Assembly: GCA_012295275.1 (NCBI GenBank)
Contig: CM022676.1
Location: 11,036,001-11,100,000 of the forward strand
Direction of reading: 5' to 3'
DNA from: Chrysomallon squamiferum
Taxonomy: Eukaryota > Animalia > Mollusca
Length of the DNA: 64,000 nt
In this document: positions 1-14,178 of the stretch, piece by piece
How the letters are laid out: each line of letters starts with the position of its first letter
Numbering within the stretch: position 1 is the first letter of the stretch
Translations under genes and position numbers: made by a program
The notes under the pieces: model-generated
Told to the model about the DNA's origin: nothing
The model's database searches: none
The model's input: only the letters and a program-made list of their open reading frames with translations

Positions 1-532
1 ATACACACACACACACATACACACATATATATGTTCTAGATTTATGTCATATATATATATATATCTGTCTAGATGTGAAATCATAAAAATAACATACACA
101 GTATTGCAACTAACACAAGACAACCCTTTGTAGCTGCTGCTTAAATATATCAGTTAAATGGCTAATTTCCGTGTCCTTATTGTTATTACAGAATTAATGT
201 TTGACATCAGCTACGATATAGATTACAATGAGAATCGATGTTGAATGAGCTAACTAATCTAATTATCTTAACTGACTACTAGCCATTCATTGCTTTGTTT
301 ATCACTAATTAGAGATGCAAAAATAAAATTTACATCGTTAAAAATATTGTTAAATCATCAAGCCATTAAATTTAACATTCTAAATATTTTCAGCATTGTT
401 TCCATTATGAGGTTGATATGGCTGATACGTCCTCCATTTTGCTAAAAAACCATAACTCGAAATGTCGCATACCCAGTTCTACAAAACGTCCTACATTCAA
501 AGGTACTAGTTAGATTAAAAAATTAAACTTAC

Positions 533-880
533 TATGACACTTCCAATGGTTGTGTAATTAGACCATATATCATGGCTGAGAAAAAGCTCTTCAGTGTGAA
601 ACCTAAGTTTTGTGATTGTCACTCTCTTAGAATGAGTTTTCACCAGTGAGCTTGCTGTCACTGTCAGATATTGCACTTTGTTCCAGTTTTTACTTTCCAC
701 TTGAATACCACACATAGTTTGCACAAGTGCATGTTCTCTACATTTTTCATTTTCATTGCTTGAGAAGACGAGAATGGATAGCTTACAATTAGTGTCTTCC
801 ATACAACCAAATGGTGCACTAAGTTGAAATGGCACATCCACATATTCATTCTGTTTTATTACAAATGTATGATTTAACAG
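533..880 (-). CDS. Copy A exon 6
   Basis: LLNHTFVIKQNEYVDVPFQLSAPFGC...IWSNYTTIGSVI|gtaagt. Confidence 0.85.
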
Positions 881-2285
881 CTGAAAAAAAAAATTGATGA
901 ACTTACAGTTTTAAATACACATAAACTCCCACATGCACCCACATAAACACAAACACATATTTTCCAGAATTCTCTGTCCAAGTGTTTATACCAAAGACCA
1001 GAAAGGGAAGGATAATACGTTTAAAGCAAGAGAAATGTATACATATTTTCCAACTAAACAAAAGCTGTTTAATAAAGAAGCATCTAGCAGATGTGATAAA
1101 TAACTACCCTGATGAACAATATGAACTGTCTGAGAGGAACAGGCTACTTACATAATCTAAATGGTTAATTTTATGTTGTCTGAAGTTTGTGTGACTGCAA
1201 AAAAGTGCATCTCTTATTTATTTATTTACTTACTTATTTACTTATTTATTTACTGTTTTCTATAAGAAATACAAAATAGTGTTTCGAGGTTTAGGACCAC
1301 TTACAGACAGAACAGTCATGGTAAGGTCATGAGAACCTGCAATGTGTGAATTGCCAGTAAAAAGGTGACAATTCTCAAAATATATTTCTCTTGAATGTAA
1401 GCTTCAAGTTTGAACACGGTTATGACATAATGTTCTGAGTACCGACCAACCAGTGTCTGCATGTAGTTTTATCTGCAACACCAGTGTCTGTATGTAGTTT
1501 TATCTGCAACACCAGTGTCTGCATGTAGTTTTATCTGCAACACCAGTGTCTGCATGTAGTTTTATCTGCAACACCAGTGTCTGTATGTAGTTTTATCTGC
1601 AACACCAGTGTCTGCATGTAGTTTTATCTGCAACACCAGTGTCAAATGTGCGGTCGTAAAATTGAACAGTCATGAGTCACATTGGTTTTATCTGTCAGTG
1701 ACTATATCTATATACTGCTCGTAAAAAACTGAACATATGTATATATATATATCAATATAAAACAGTAAAATATCCTATAAAATCTGTTGTACATATATAT
1801 ATATAATATAAAAATTGCATATATCAATAAAAAAAGCAAATGCCTATTGTTACACAGTATATAAATATAAAACAGCATATCAGTGATTACTGAACATGAA
1901 CTGGAGACAATCTCACCTTGATTCCAATAAATTCTCGTTTACTTATAACTGGTTTGCTGAGTGATGACAAATTCTTGTAGCTAGCTCTTAAAGCACAATG
2001 AATCTGAAAACATTTTAACATATTGTATTACAAATATCATTTTAAATTAAATATATGAAGATACTAATATAAATATATTTCTGAATTAGATGTTTTAACA
2101 TATTTCAAATTGGTTCGTATTATAAACTCTTTTCTAAATAAATCATTTTAAACACTCTTATTAAGGTATGTTTCTAAATAAAACATTTTAATATAGTGTA
2201 TTACAGGTTTGTTTAATGAAAAAAATGTAACACATTTAAACATTGTCTACATTTCTCAGCTAAACATTTTAATATAAACATACTG

Positions 2286-2347
<62 letters not shown>

Positions 2348-5278
2348 TGTGTGTGTGTATGCTTTGGTATGTATGCCTATGAGACTGATTGCTAAAAAAA
2401 GATAGATTGAAAGATAGAAAGACAGGATGATTTATAGAGTAAACACAGACTAACAGGAAGAATTTACTGTAGCACAAAGTAAAGATGTCTGCTGTAAACA
2501 TACAAAAAATCCAACAGTTTTTTGTCCCATATCCATAATATATTTTTCAGTGATTGCCGAGTCATGTAGGAATTGCTTGCTATCCTTCAATGACTTTGAC
2601 TTATAGAAGAAATCTCCATTAATATACCAGAAAGTTTGGTAGTACAAATCTTTTGTAAAAGACATTTTACAAAGAAAACGATAAGCCTGAGTTAATTTAG
2701 ATAGCGTTTCAAGTGTTGTAATTACTGTAGGACTTCCAGTTAGACTTGGAGTACCTGAAAAATAACTTACTAGTCATTTTGTGTGTATGATCCTAAGTAC
2801 ATATGTGTGTTGTGTGTGTTGTGTGTGTGTGTCTTTGTATCTTGTGAGTGTGACTTCTGTGTGTCTCTGCATTTAAGCATGATTGCATGTGTGAATTTAT
2901 ATGAATGTGTGTCCTTCAGTATATATGTGTGTATGTATGCATGAAAAGGCTTATGATTGTGCATATATATATATGTGTGTATGTATGCATGAAAATAAAT
3001 GTGAATTCTCATATAGATAGGTGTGTGCAAATTCATATTCAGATACATTTGTCTGTATGTGCACTGTGAAAATGGTAATATTTACTGACCAGCATCAAGA
3101 GTAGGTTCTGAAAATGATTCAATTTCATATATATGTATCTGAGTTTGTCAAAGTGAAAGATTAATATATAGGAATTCAGTTAAGATCATTATTGTAAAAA
3201 ATAAATCAGCAGTAGTTTGAATAGTCTAAGCTCCAAGGTTAAGAGGTTTTAATTTATTCTTGTTATACAATCAGTGAACATGTGAGTAGTATTATCAGTC
3301 ATAAAGAGTAGGTGATACATTATTCAAGTGAATTTACGAAAAAAATTAAGAGCATGCGCAGTTTCTGTGTGAATTAAATTGATGTAAATTACATCCCAAC
3401 ATTTTCTTTATTTTTCCATAGCTGCAAAACTATTAGTAAGTGTAACAGCTTATAAGTTAGTCACTTGACATGCTGTCAAGCATGGACTTTGTACATTAGG
3501 ACATTAATAGTGTCTGAAAGTCTTCTGCAGTATTCTGACGCTCTGCCACAAGAAAAGGATCCAGATCTTGGAGGTTTGTAGGTGGGGTTTGGTGATATTG
3601 AACTTGCCTGCCCAACTCATTTCATGCATGCTCTGTTGAAACCAAGCAGAGCAAATTTCTGGCCAGTCCATCCTGGTGACACCATAGTGCTTGAGAACGT
3701 CTGTCACCACTAGAACTGACATGCAGCAAAACTGCCTCCTCCAGTCTGCTGCAGGACTGGGAGAACCAAAGTCCAGATAATCTGTAGACTGAGCCTGGAT
3801 TAATCAGTGAACAGTCCTCAACCCCAGTGGATGTATTTGCCAGCACACATGACGAGTACATCAGTCACGTCTAGTTCTTCTGCGACACAGTAGGAATGAT
3901 GGTCCAACAACCTGGCTGTGACAGCACAAATTGTTGACTGTCAGGTGATTGTGTACAGTTTGATCAGACACAGTCGAAATACTGTCACATATTTTGACAA
4001 GCATTTACTGAGCATTGTTGTAGAGTCATAGTAATGAGGTACCACTCTTCTGTGTTTAGAGTGCTTCGGGGCCTTCCTGAACATGCACGATTTCCAAAAA
4101 AAATTCTGACTGAGATCAAAAGTCAGAGAAATATTTATTTATGTATTGCTATCCAAAAACCTTGCAAGACCCTTCCTCTATCTTCAACAGTCAACTGCTT
4201 TTGCACTATAATCGATTTTGGAATGTGTACCATAGATTGAATGGAAGCACAGTCGTCAGACCTTTCATATTAGTATTCTGTTCCTCTGTAAGCAACTAAA
4301 ACTAAATGACAGTGTCAGTAACAGTTGACTTGAATTTATTTCTCTGGTACTTAGATAAAGTTTTGTTTGTATACTTTTCAGTTAGCGATAATGAGGAAAT
4401 TTTAATAAAAAGAAGAAGAGGTGTGACAGGAAAATCGGGAGAAAACGAATTAAAACTTGTTGATACATAGCGACAAAAAACCTCACAAAATAAAAAATAA
4501 AAATAACAACAACAAAAAAGGAACATACCAGTGCAATAAGCTGACCTAGAATAGGTTGATCGTAGATGATATACGTTGAATGGGCCACAATACTCAGCAT
4601 CGATGGTGAAAGGGTGGAAACAATTGCTATTACCAAAACGTATACACATCTTTAGAACAACAGAGGGTTTCTTCTTTGTTGGTAACTCTGTGGAACATAT
4701 TCATTATATTATACAATTTCTATATTCATAACAAACACATATATAATGATAATTATTTCAAAAATAGAAAAAAATCAATTATCAAATGAATACAAACACA
4801 CATACAAATATAATAACAGACAGAGATAGGTACAATTATACATATACATATATAAACATACAAAGATACATATACACATACATAGATACAAATATACATA
4901 TACACATACATACATACATACAAACATACAGTATAGACATGCATATGTACAAAAATACACTATATACATGGATACATACAAACATATGGACAAATCGGTA
5001 CTTAAGTTGAATTGAAGTTATCGGCAACTGACATTGATGAAATCATGACTGGATGTCTCATAAGTTTCCATACATATAGTTTCATTTGAAGCAACATATC
5101 ACTAATGCCATTACAAGCATGTGCTTGAACGGGTTCTTCCATAGTGGAGGACACGCATTGAAATGTGTTTTCAACATAATGGCACAATATTATGTAGAGC
5201 ATATTATATAAATAAAAATAATTTTCATATAAAATCGTTTATTTTTCCTATGTGTGGAATTGTATGGGACACCCTGTG

Positions 5279-5315
<37 letters not shown>

Positions 5316-5921
5316 ATGTACATATCTATGTTTGCCTGTAGATGTGTATGTGTGTCCACATGTTTGTTACTTTGTGTATATACATCTATGTTTGTGTATG
5401 AGTATGTGCATGTGTGCATGTTTTTGAGAGTGTGTCTGTATGTGTATGTATTTGTAGATGTCTGTGTGGATGTGTGTCTATGCGGATATGTATATGTGTG
5501 TGTTTGTATGTATTACCTGATGTTGTGTACACAGGATAGAATGTTCCACATGTGTACTTGTCTGGTTTCTTTGTGAACAGTTTGTAACCTTTCTGTCCAT
5601 ACCAGTCAGTCTTTAGGAGACTGTCATTGATTTCCCACTCATCTATGCCAAGCTCGTAATTCCAATCTCTTCTTTCAACATCAGGAAAAGGTTTATAATT
5701 CTTGCAGTGATTTTCTAAAATGAGAAAAACATGAATAACAGCGATAATAACAGCTGCAGTAACAACAACAGTAAAGATACTGATGACGAAAGTTTGTTGA
5801 TTTCATTATTTATTGTAGTTATGTTCACTGTAAGAGGTTCACAGACCCTTACTTTTTATTTCACTAAGTCGTGTCGTATGTTTCCAGTTTTTTATTTTTT
5901 TATTTTTTTCAGTGTATGGAA

Positions 5922-5983
<62 letters not shown>

Positions 5984-6108
5984 CTCGCTGTATGTGTTTG
6001 TGTGCGTTTTTTCTTATGATTCAATAATACATAATATGTAAAATTACCTTGTTCAGTTGACAACGGTAATAATGCAAGAAGCAGAATTAACAAACAAGTG
6101 AAAAACAT
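533..6108 (-). CDS. Copy A (5' part, exons 1-6) of secreted VWDE-like/fibrinogen-domain gene; continues off the left edge
   Basis: Six GT-AG exons with consistent phases: 6108-6048, 5714-5517, 4687-4529, 2754-2504, 2003-1917, 880-533. Near-identical to the first six exons of copy B. Confidence 0.85.
1449..1643. repeat. 31-bp minisatellite, 6 units (intron 5, A)
   Basis: CCAGTGTCTGYATGTAGTTTTATCTGCAACA. Confidence 0.9.
1917..2003 (-). CDS. Copy A exon 5
   Basis: IHCALRASYKNLSSLSKPVISKREFIGIK|gtgaga. Confidence 0.82.
2504..2754 (-). CDS. Copy A exon 4
   Basis: GTPSLTGSPTV...FLCKMSFTKDLYYQTFWYING...VGFF|gtatgt. Confidence 0.82.
3470..4240 (-). mobile_element. Decayed Tc1-family transposase fragment in intron 3 of copy A
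   Basis: Broken-frame motifs LTVEDRGR, VSDQTVHNHL, LFTD*SR (cf. FSDESRF) and MDWP...EHA*NELGRQV (cf. WPxxSPDLNPIEHxWDELGR). Boundaries approximate. Confidence 0.7.
4529..4687 (-). CDS. Copy A exon 3, D8C-like part 2
   Basis: ELPTKKKPSVVLKMCIRFGNSNCFHPFTIDAEYCGPFNVYHLRSTYSRSAYCT. Confidence 0.85.
5055..5276. mobile_element. Same MITE in copy A, left TIR clipped by a deletion
   Basis: Matches 31385-31608; the left flank joins directly to sequence homologous to about 30476. Confidence 0.65.
5517..5714 (-). CDS. Copy A exon 2, D8C/UMOD-like domain part 1
   Basis: ENHCKNYKPFPDVERRDWNY...NDSLLKTDWY...TCGTFYPVY; ag/gt borders, phase 1-1. Confidence 0.82.
6048..6108 (-). CDS. Copy A exon 1, signal peptide
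   Basis: MFFTCLLILLLALLPLSTEQ-G|gtaatt; hydrophobic core. Confidence 0.8.
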
Positions 6109-6344
6109 TTTCGATTGAATATGAATTTGTTTAACATACACGTATATAAACAATTTTTCTACTATTAACATAAAAAGGAAAGAAAAGAACAAAAAAAAAA
6201 AAAAGAAATTTAAATTAATGACATAAAGAGCTGGTATACAATAAAATGGAATTATTATTATTTTTTTTTTTATACTCTACATTAATGGTTGAAAATGTCA
6301 TAAATATTTTTAATATTCTGTATCAGTGTTTGATAAATGTTATA

Positions 6345-7205
6345 GGGTCATTCCGTGTCAAATCAACCCCCAGAAAAACAATTTAAACCCGACCATCTCA
6401 GATTTTCATGAAACTTGGTATACTTCTCGACTGAGATCCCACCCTGACATTTTAGGCCAATCGGACCAGTGGTGTGGGAGATATGGCCCCCCGAATTTTG
6501 AGATTTTTGGCAAAAATGGGTGTGACCACCAACCTTCGAACTCTCATATCTCAGGAACTACAAGCCAATCTTCATAAAATTGGTATTGTTGAAAAGGCAA
6601 TTTGACAAGGATTCCAAAATGTGGGTGTCACTGAACTTTTGACCTTTGTTATGACCTTGAAATTGACCGTGTGGATCACGTGATCTTGAGATGACCTTTA
6701 TTGAAATTTAATTTCCCACATGTTAACTAAAACATATAAAAGTTTGCTGGGTGTAATATTTTTGTTTAGGCACAATATAGATTTAAAAAATGCACGTCCA
6801 TGAAAATAACACCTTTTCTGCCATTAACATCTGATTAACTAAAACCTGAATGATCAATTCTGGATGCTAGGAATCACCATCTCTCTTGATCATCGAGTAA
6901 GACTTTGTAGGCCTAAATGTATGCATAAGGTTCACATAAATTTGAGAGAACTAGGTGTTTCTGATCCTTAACCTTCTCACCATCTTTGTTTCAAATGCTC
7001 ACTGTATCCTTCATTCCCGGATACATTCTACTGTTCTCGTCACTTTCATAAAATTGGACTATTTCCTCCTTCAGTTCATTTGACAGAACTTTCCCTTGTT
7101 TCTTATCACAGAGGGACAGAATCCCTTTCTCTTTCTTCACTGCACAGCTTTTTTTCACACAGTAATTCGTTGTTTCAAATTCATTCACTGTCCTCTCTAT
7201 GGTAA
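6345..7205 (-). mobile_element. DNA transposon fragment upstream of copy A only
   Basis: Absent at the orthologous B and C positions. Transposase-like peptide EIVQFYESDENSRMYPGMKDTVSI (FYxxDxxSRxxPGxKD motif). Family, possibly Sola-like, not established. Confidence 0.55.
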
Positions 7206-7722
7206 AGGGTGACTTAACTTTTTTTTTACTCTATATATGTTTGAAAATGCAAGACATTATTGAACAAAATTTAAAATATTTTCTAATACTACATACTAAA
7301 CACACACTAAAACACAATGTCATTGTTTGAAAATTATAGAAATACAGACATGCACACATACGTGTATATGCTACATCAGGGATTGAACATATCAGAAACA
7401 AAGACATTGACAAACGCACACAAACACATGCATACATATACATACATATACGCTTATAAACACTATGTTAGTATATGTTAGAAAAATACAGTCAAAAGAT
7501 TATAACAGATTATACTAACACACACTAACATATATACACAATAAAACACATGTTCACATTATATCAGTCTGAAAATGTTAGATACACACTCACACTAACA
7601 TATGTTCACTATATCAGTAACTTAAAATCTTAGAAATATACATACACACCAACACATATGCACGTTATAGAAGAAGAAGAAGAAGAAATGTATTGTTACA
7701 CTTCTGCCAAGCTTTCAGCTTT

Positions 7723-7936
<214 letters not shown>

Positions 7937-8051
7937 GTTTCTCCCATAGTATAAACGCACATCAACCAAGTGATTACGATTATTTAAGAGATATAAATGT
8001 CACACGTTATCACAGGCTGATGTTACTGGGAGATTTATCATAGTTTAAATA

Positions 8052-8158
<107 letters not shown>

Positions 8159-9003
8159 CATACAAGACATATTGGAAACATACTACATTATCCAAGAATA
8201 AAACATACGTACATACATATATATATATATATACATACATATACACACACACACACACACCAACAACGCAGATACACTGTACATGGATACATGTGTGTGT
8301 GAATATGTGTACGTAAATATTTGTATATATGTGTGTATATACTTATATATGCATACATGTATCTATGTGTATCTCTGTATGTGTGTATGTTTATATATGT
8401 ATACATTGTGCGTGCCTTTGTTATTTTGTTGAAAGAGATATTATTTATTATATTTGTAAATATATCATTAATATTAATTAATAATAAAAATCTGGACATG
8501 TGTAACAATCGGTCCTTCCATACAAAAGTACACCTGTCTGTCTATTTGTATAGAAACTATCAGAAAATACAACAATGAATTAACATGGTAAATGAAATCA
8601 TATAGTATAAGAAAGAAGAAAAGAAAAACTGATAGATGTTTAAAATGTTTTTGTCTCCCTATAACCATCCTAATTCCCCATTCTTTTAAGTACCTGTAGC
8701 CAATAGAAACTCAAGCTTATAAGTACTACAACACCACAAACAAAATTAAAATAAAATTAATAATATACAGTTTCTCAACGTTTGGAAACGAAAACATAAC
8801 GTTCACTTGTTTGATGATCACTTCATTTTCAAGATCTTTTTAATAATAACAATAACCACTACACCTGAATTCCATAATTTAATAACAACAACTACACCAA
8901 CAATGTTAAACAATCTCGTATTAAAAGTGTTTTTGTTTTCTGCTGATGTAGAACAGAAATTTGAAGATTCTAATTTAAGTTCTTTGATGTTGCAGTGTGT
9001 AGT

Positions 9004-10658
9004 GTGGTTTGAACACATCACAAATACAGCAGAACCTGTGTTATAGTTTATATACAACTTTCACTGTAGATAGCCAGGTATCTCACTGGTTTGAACACAT
9101 CACACAATACAGCAGAACCTGTGTTATAGTTTATATACAACTTTCACTGTAGATAGAGGGGAAGTATCACACTGGTTTGAACACATCACACAATACAGCA
9201 TAACCTGTGTTATAGTTTATATACAACTTTCACTGTAGATAGCCAGGTATCTCACTGGTTTGAACACATCACACATAGTTTATATACAACACTGTAACCT
9301 GTGTTATAGTTTATATACAACTTTCACTGTAGATAGCCAGGTATCACACTGGTTTGAACACATCACACAATACAGCAGAACCTGTGTTATAGTTTATATA
9401 CAACTTTCACTATAGATAGAGGGGAAGTATCACACTGGTTTGAACACACATCAAAGTTATCTTATGATTCAATAATACATAATATGAAAATTACCTTGTT
9501 CAGTTGACAATGGTTTATAAGAAGCAGAATTAACAAACAAGTTTTTCGATTGAATATGAATTTGTTTAACATACACGGTTTATAAACAATTTTTCTACAA
9601 TACATAAAAAAGGAAAGAACCAAAAAAAAAGAAATTTAAATTAATGACATAAAGTGGTATACAATAAAAATGTTATTATTATTATTTTTTTTAACTTTCA
9701 CATTAATGGTCGAAAATGTCATAAATATTTTTAATATTCTGTATCAGTGTTTGAAAATGTTATAGGGTCAAATCAACCCCCAGAAAAACAATTTAAACCC
9801 ACCATCTCACAGCAGAACCTGTGTTATAGTTTATATAGATCCCACAAAATTTCACTGGACCAGTGAGGGGGAAGATATCACACTTTTGAACACATCACCA
9901 CAATACAGAACAGAACCTGTGTTATAGTTTATATACAACTTTTTGACACTGTAGATACCGTGTGGATAGGGGAAGTATCACACTGGTTTGAACACATCAC
10001 ACAATACAGCAGAACCTGTGTTATAGTTTATATACAACTTTCACTGTAGATAGCCAGGTATCACACTGGTTTGAACACATCACACAATACAGCAGAACCT
10101 GTGTTATAGTTTATATACAACTTTCACTGTAGATAGAGGGGAAGTATCACACTGGTTTGAACACATCACACAATACAGCAGAACCTGTGTTATAGTTTAT
10201 ATACAACTTTCACTGTAGATAGAGGGGAAGTATCACACTGGTTTGAACACATCACACAATACAGCAGAACCTGTGTTATAGTTTATATACAACTTTCACT
10301 GTAGATAGAGGGGAAGTATCACACTGGTTTGAACACATCACACAATACAGCAGAACCTGTGTTATAGTTTATATACAACTTTCACTGTAGATAGAGGGGA
10401 AGTATCACACTGGTTTGAACACATCACACAATACAGCAGAACCTGTGTTATAGTTTATATACAACTTTCACTGTAGATAGCCAGCTATCACACTGGTTTG
10501 AACACATCACACAATACAGCAGAACCTGTGTTATAGTTTATATACAACTTTCACTGTAGATAGAGGGGAAGTATCACACTGGTTTGAACACATCACACAA
10601 TACAGCAGAACCTGTGTTATAGTTTATATACAACTTTCACTGTAGATAGAGGGGAAGT
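9004..10658. repeat. 83/86-bp satellite array upstream of copy A (interrupted at about 9450-9970)
   Basis: CTGGTTTGAACACATCACACAATACAGCAGAACCTGTGTTATAGTTTATATACAACTTTCACTGTAGATAG(AGGGGAA/CCAG)GTATCACA. Confidence 0.9.
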
Positions 10659-11868
10659 CATTGGAAAATTAAAATTCACTCAGACAAAATCAGTACAGAC
10701 ACATTTCAGCACAGTTTATATTTTATACTTATTATGTACTTATCATATTTAAAATGGTTTCTGAGAAAAACTTTGTTCCTCTCCATTTTCTGTTGTTATG
10801 ACATAGCAAAATTTTTTATTTTAAAAATATCTACTCACAGACAGGAAGGCATTATTGTTATTGATTAAGCAGTTGGTGAAACACTTTCTGGAGAAAAAAA
10901 AAAAATAACGTAAGAAAAAGAAGAAAGAAAACAAAACTTTAATAATATTATTAAATACAATTTTAGCTTTCTGTAGATTTTATTGTATCCTAAACTAACA
11001 AGTTCTGAATGTGTAACTCAAATACAAATTCTTCAATAGTTTTATTTAAATTATCTCCCTTAATGATCTTTTCACAATAATAAAAAATACAAATTCTTCA
11101 AAATCACCAAGCTTCTTTTTTCTGATTGTTGCTTTTTTCTTTCTTTTTTTTGTTTTTGTTATTATACGTAATCTTATTTTTAATTATTTTAATATCCTCA
11201 TTATCATCATCTTCATTATTTCCCTTGATTTCATGTACTGATGATTTAACTATGAATGGTTGTTTACAATTAAAATATTTTGTTACAACATATTTTGTTT
11301 CAAAATAGTAATATATAAAAAACATCATCTATCTATATATATCGTAAAAAATGTATAATTAAAATAAAATAAATAATCTTCAAATATCTTAAATAAAAAA
11401 CAAAACAAAAACTTAAAAACAAACTGCTACAGTTTATTATAAATTAAAGGTAGACCTCAGCAGTGTAAGAAAGCAAGCAAAACTAAAAAGTTTAGTAATT
11501 ATTGTCATTAAACTGAACTCTTGACTTTAATCTGTCTGTCTAGGAACCTGATGTTATCACTTATATTTTGTCAGACAACATGTACAAAATGTTTTATAAA
11601 TTGAAATGAAAGAGAAAAAAAACGTGGATTATGAGGTTAGAAAAACTCACATAGTATAAAAATAAAAATAAACATTTCATCAGGTCAGAAAGTGAAATGA
11701 AATTTTTAATTTTTTTTTTTTCATGTATTGCTTTTACTATACGAATGTATTTAACATTATTAGAAAGTTGTTTAGAAAAGTCATGTATGAGAAACAGTAA
11801 AATAGAAATAAAATAACAGCAACAACAGTGATAGGGTGTATTAGATACAACAATGATAATGATAATAA

Positions 11869-11940
<72 letters not shown>

Positions 11941-14097
11941 AATAAAATGAATAAATAAATATATATTTTTTTAAAAATCATGATTTATGTCCATGCTGAA
12001 TATACTGTGAGAGAAGTCACTTGATAATATTTCTTACTTACTTACGTACACACACACACAAATATACATACACACACACAACCATAGACAAATATACACA
12101 CACATACATACACATACAAACACAAAATCATACAAACACACACACACAAACACACACACAACCATAGACAAATATACAGACACATACACACACACACACA
12201 CATACACACACACAAGATGTGACTCTCTCTCTCTGTTCAGAGTTCCGTCCCAACAAAGATACATGAAAGTGAATGTACATGACTATAAGACTAACGAATG
12301 TAACTAAATACTGATATGATAAAACTATCAGAATTTCTTGAGGATGGCAATGATAATTATTGAATTATTGTTTTAGCATGAACAATAATAACAATAACAG
12401 TAATAATAATTATACTACTAATATATTAAAAGTAAAAGTAATAATAATAATTTTATTTTAACGTAATAACATGGTTTGGTAATTCGGAAAACAGGTTGTG
12501 TTGTTCTCTCTGTTGAAAAGGAAATCTGAGTTGTCAGCAGAGAGTGTTCTTTTCTACTGTTCACTGTTATTTAAAAACTGTTTGAAAGTCTTAACAGCAG
12601 CGAATTTAAAATGTATTGACAAATTCATTCAATCACTAATTATAACAAATGACTCTGGATCAGTTCTCTACAGTGATATATCTGTACTCTTTTCAATTCC
12701 AACCTGTGCTCCGTGACTAGTTTGTCAAAGATCATGTTGGTATGTGCTGATATTTAAACAAAAGAAACCTAAGAGTAATGTATGAGTCTGCAGAGGTGGT
12801 TGTCTCTTTTTCAATGTGCGTAAAAATGTTTTTAAAAATGTCAGTATTAAACTGTGTTGTTAAAAACATCCCTTTATTTCTCTTTTTCCTGGTTTTAGAT
12901 AATCTGTTCACTAATTATCATTGAGTTTCAAATTTTTCTTTATTAAATTTTATTATTCATTAATTAAATGCAGTAAGCAAAATAATAAATGTTTTTCTTT
13001 TATGCATGTCAGTTGTTTTCTTGTTTCTCAATACTGTAACCAAGGAGACAGCTGTTGATCTTGATAGAACATTTTGTAGTAAATTTTGAAAGATGAACGA
13101 TTGAACATTGTGATTTTTTTATCATGTTGTGCTTACAGGCACTTAGAGTTAGTTTGTCAAACATCTGACTGTACAAGAAAAGTGATTTCGTAATTTAGTT
13201 TCAAGATCAATAGTTGGTGAGTATATATTTCTAAATATGCATAATTGTATATACTTTACAAATACACACACAGACTAACTGATTTAAAAAACAACATAGA
13301 CTTCAGAAAATAAATATGTCTACTCTTGAGTTTGATGTTAAAACTTTATTGTAAAAATGAGCAGTATATTTCAATTTCAGATTTTTTTGGTAAAATGTGC
13401 TCATTCTGATAAATTTCTTGTCTTTTCTCTCAACACCCCCACAAACACTCACACACCCACACAAACACACACATACATACACACATTCGATGGTTTCTTG
13501 AAATTCTAAAATTCATGCTTTATTTGTTTCCTGGGTTGTCTCCAAATATAGGGAATTTGTAATAAATGACTTAATCAGTACAACATGAGTTCAAGAACTT
13601 TCAGAGATAAACATTCATTAGTTGCAGTAATTCAATAACAAATCAACTTGTTGGTGCTCTTGAGAAAGATTAATATTATGGATGTGAGTAAAGGTTATAC
13701 AAGCTTAAATACAGTAAATGATTCTAATTAATAAACTATTTAGTTTTTATTAAAATATTAAAATCTTATTCGTTAATTAGTGCTGTAAATATAGACAAAG
13801 ATGCTATTTATTTGTTTATATGTAAAAACAAAATTGTTGATATATGTATTTACAAACCATTTGAAAGGGTTATATGTTTTTATTCATTTAGCTATGAACA
13901 TATATAAATTTATATGTCTACTTGTGAATAAATGAAAAACATAATGCATTACCAGCCATATTTATTTAATTTTCTTTCAGTAAAATTTAAAATCAAAATG
14001 ACAAAATACAAGAAAAGAAGATTTATTTATCTCACTGATTTTTTCACATAAAGTTGATAGAAGATATATTTATTTGATCACTGTCTAGCAGACTGTT

Positions 14098-14178
14098 TTA
14101 CTTAGGTCTGATTGACATGGTAATATATTTCAGAGGTGAAGATCGTTGCAGATCAAACCATGAAATTCTTGTAATATC
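14098..14178 (-). CDS. Copy B exon 21, FReD end and stop
   Basis: DITRISWFDLQRSSPLKYITMSIRPK*; minus-strand AATAAA about 25 nt downstream. Confidence 0.87.
   Translation of the reverse strand, partial: DITRISWFDLQRSSPLKYITMSIRPK

Noticed and set aside
3504-3861. ORFs conserved in all three copies, a possible extra exon or nested gene
   Set aside because: Motifs across frames match a broken Tc1 transposase, and exons 3 and 4 join in phase without it.
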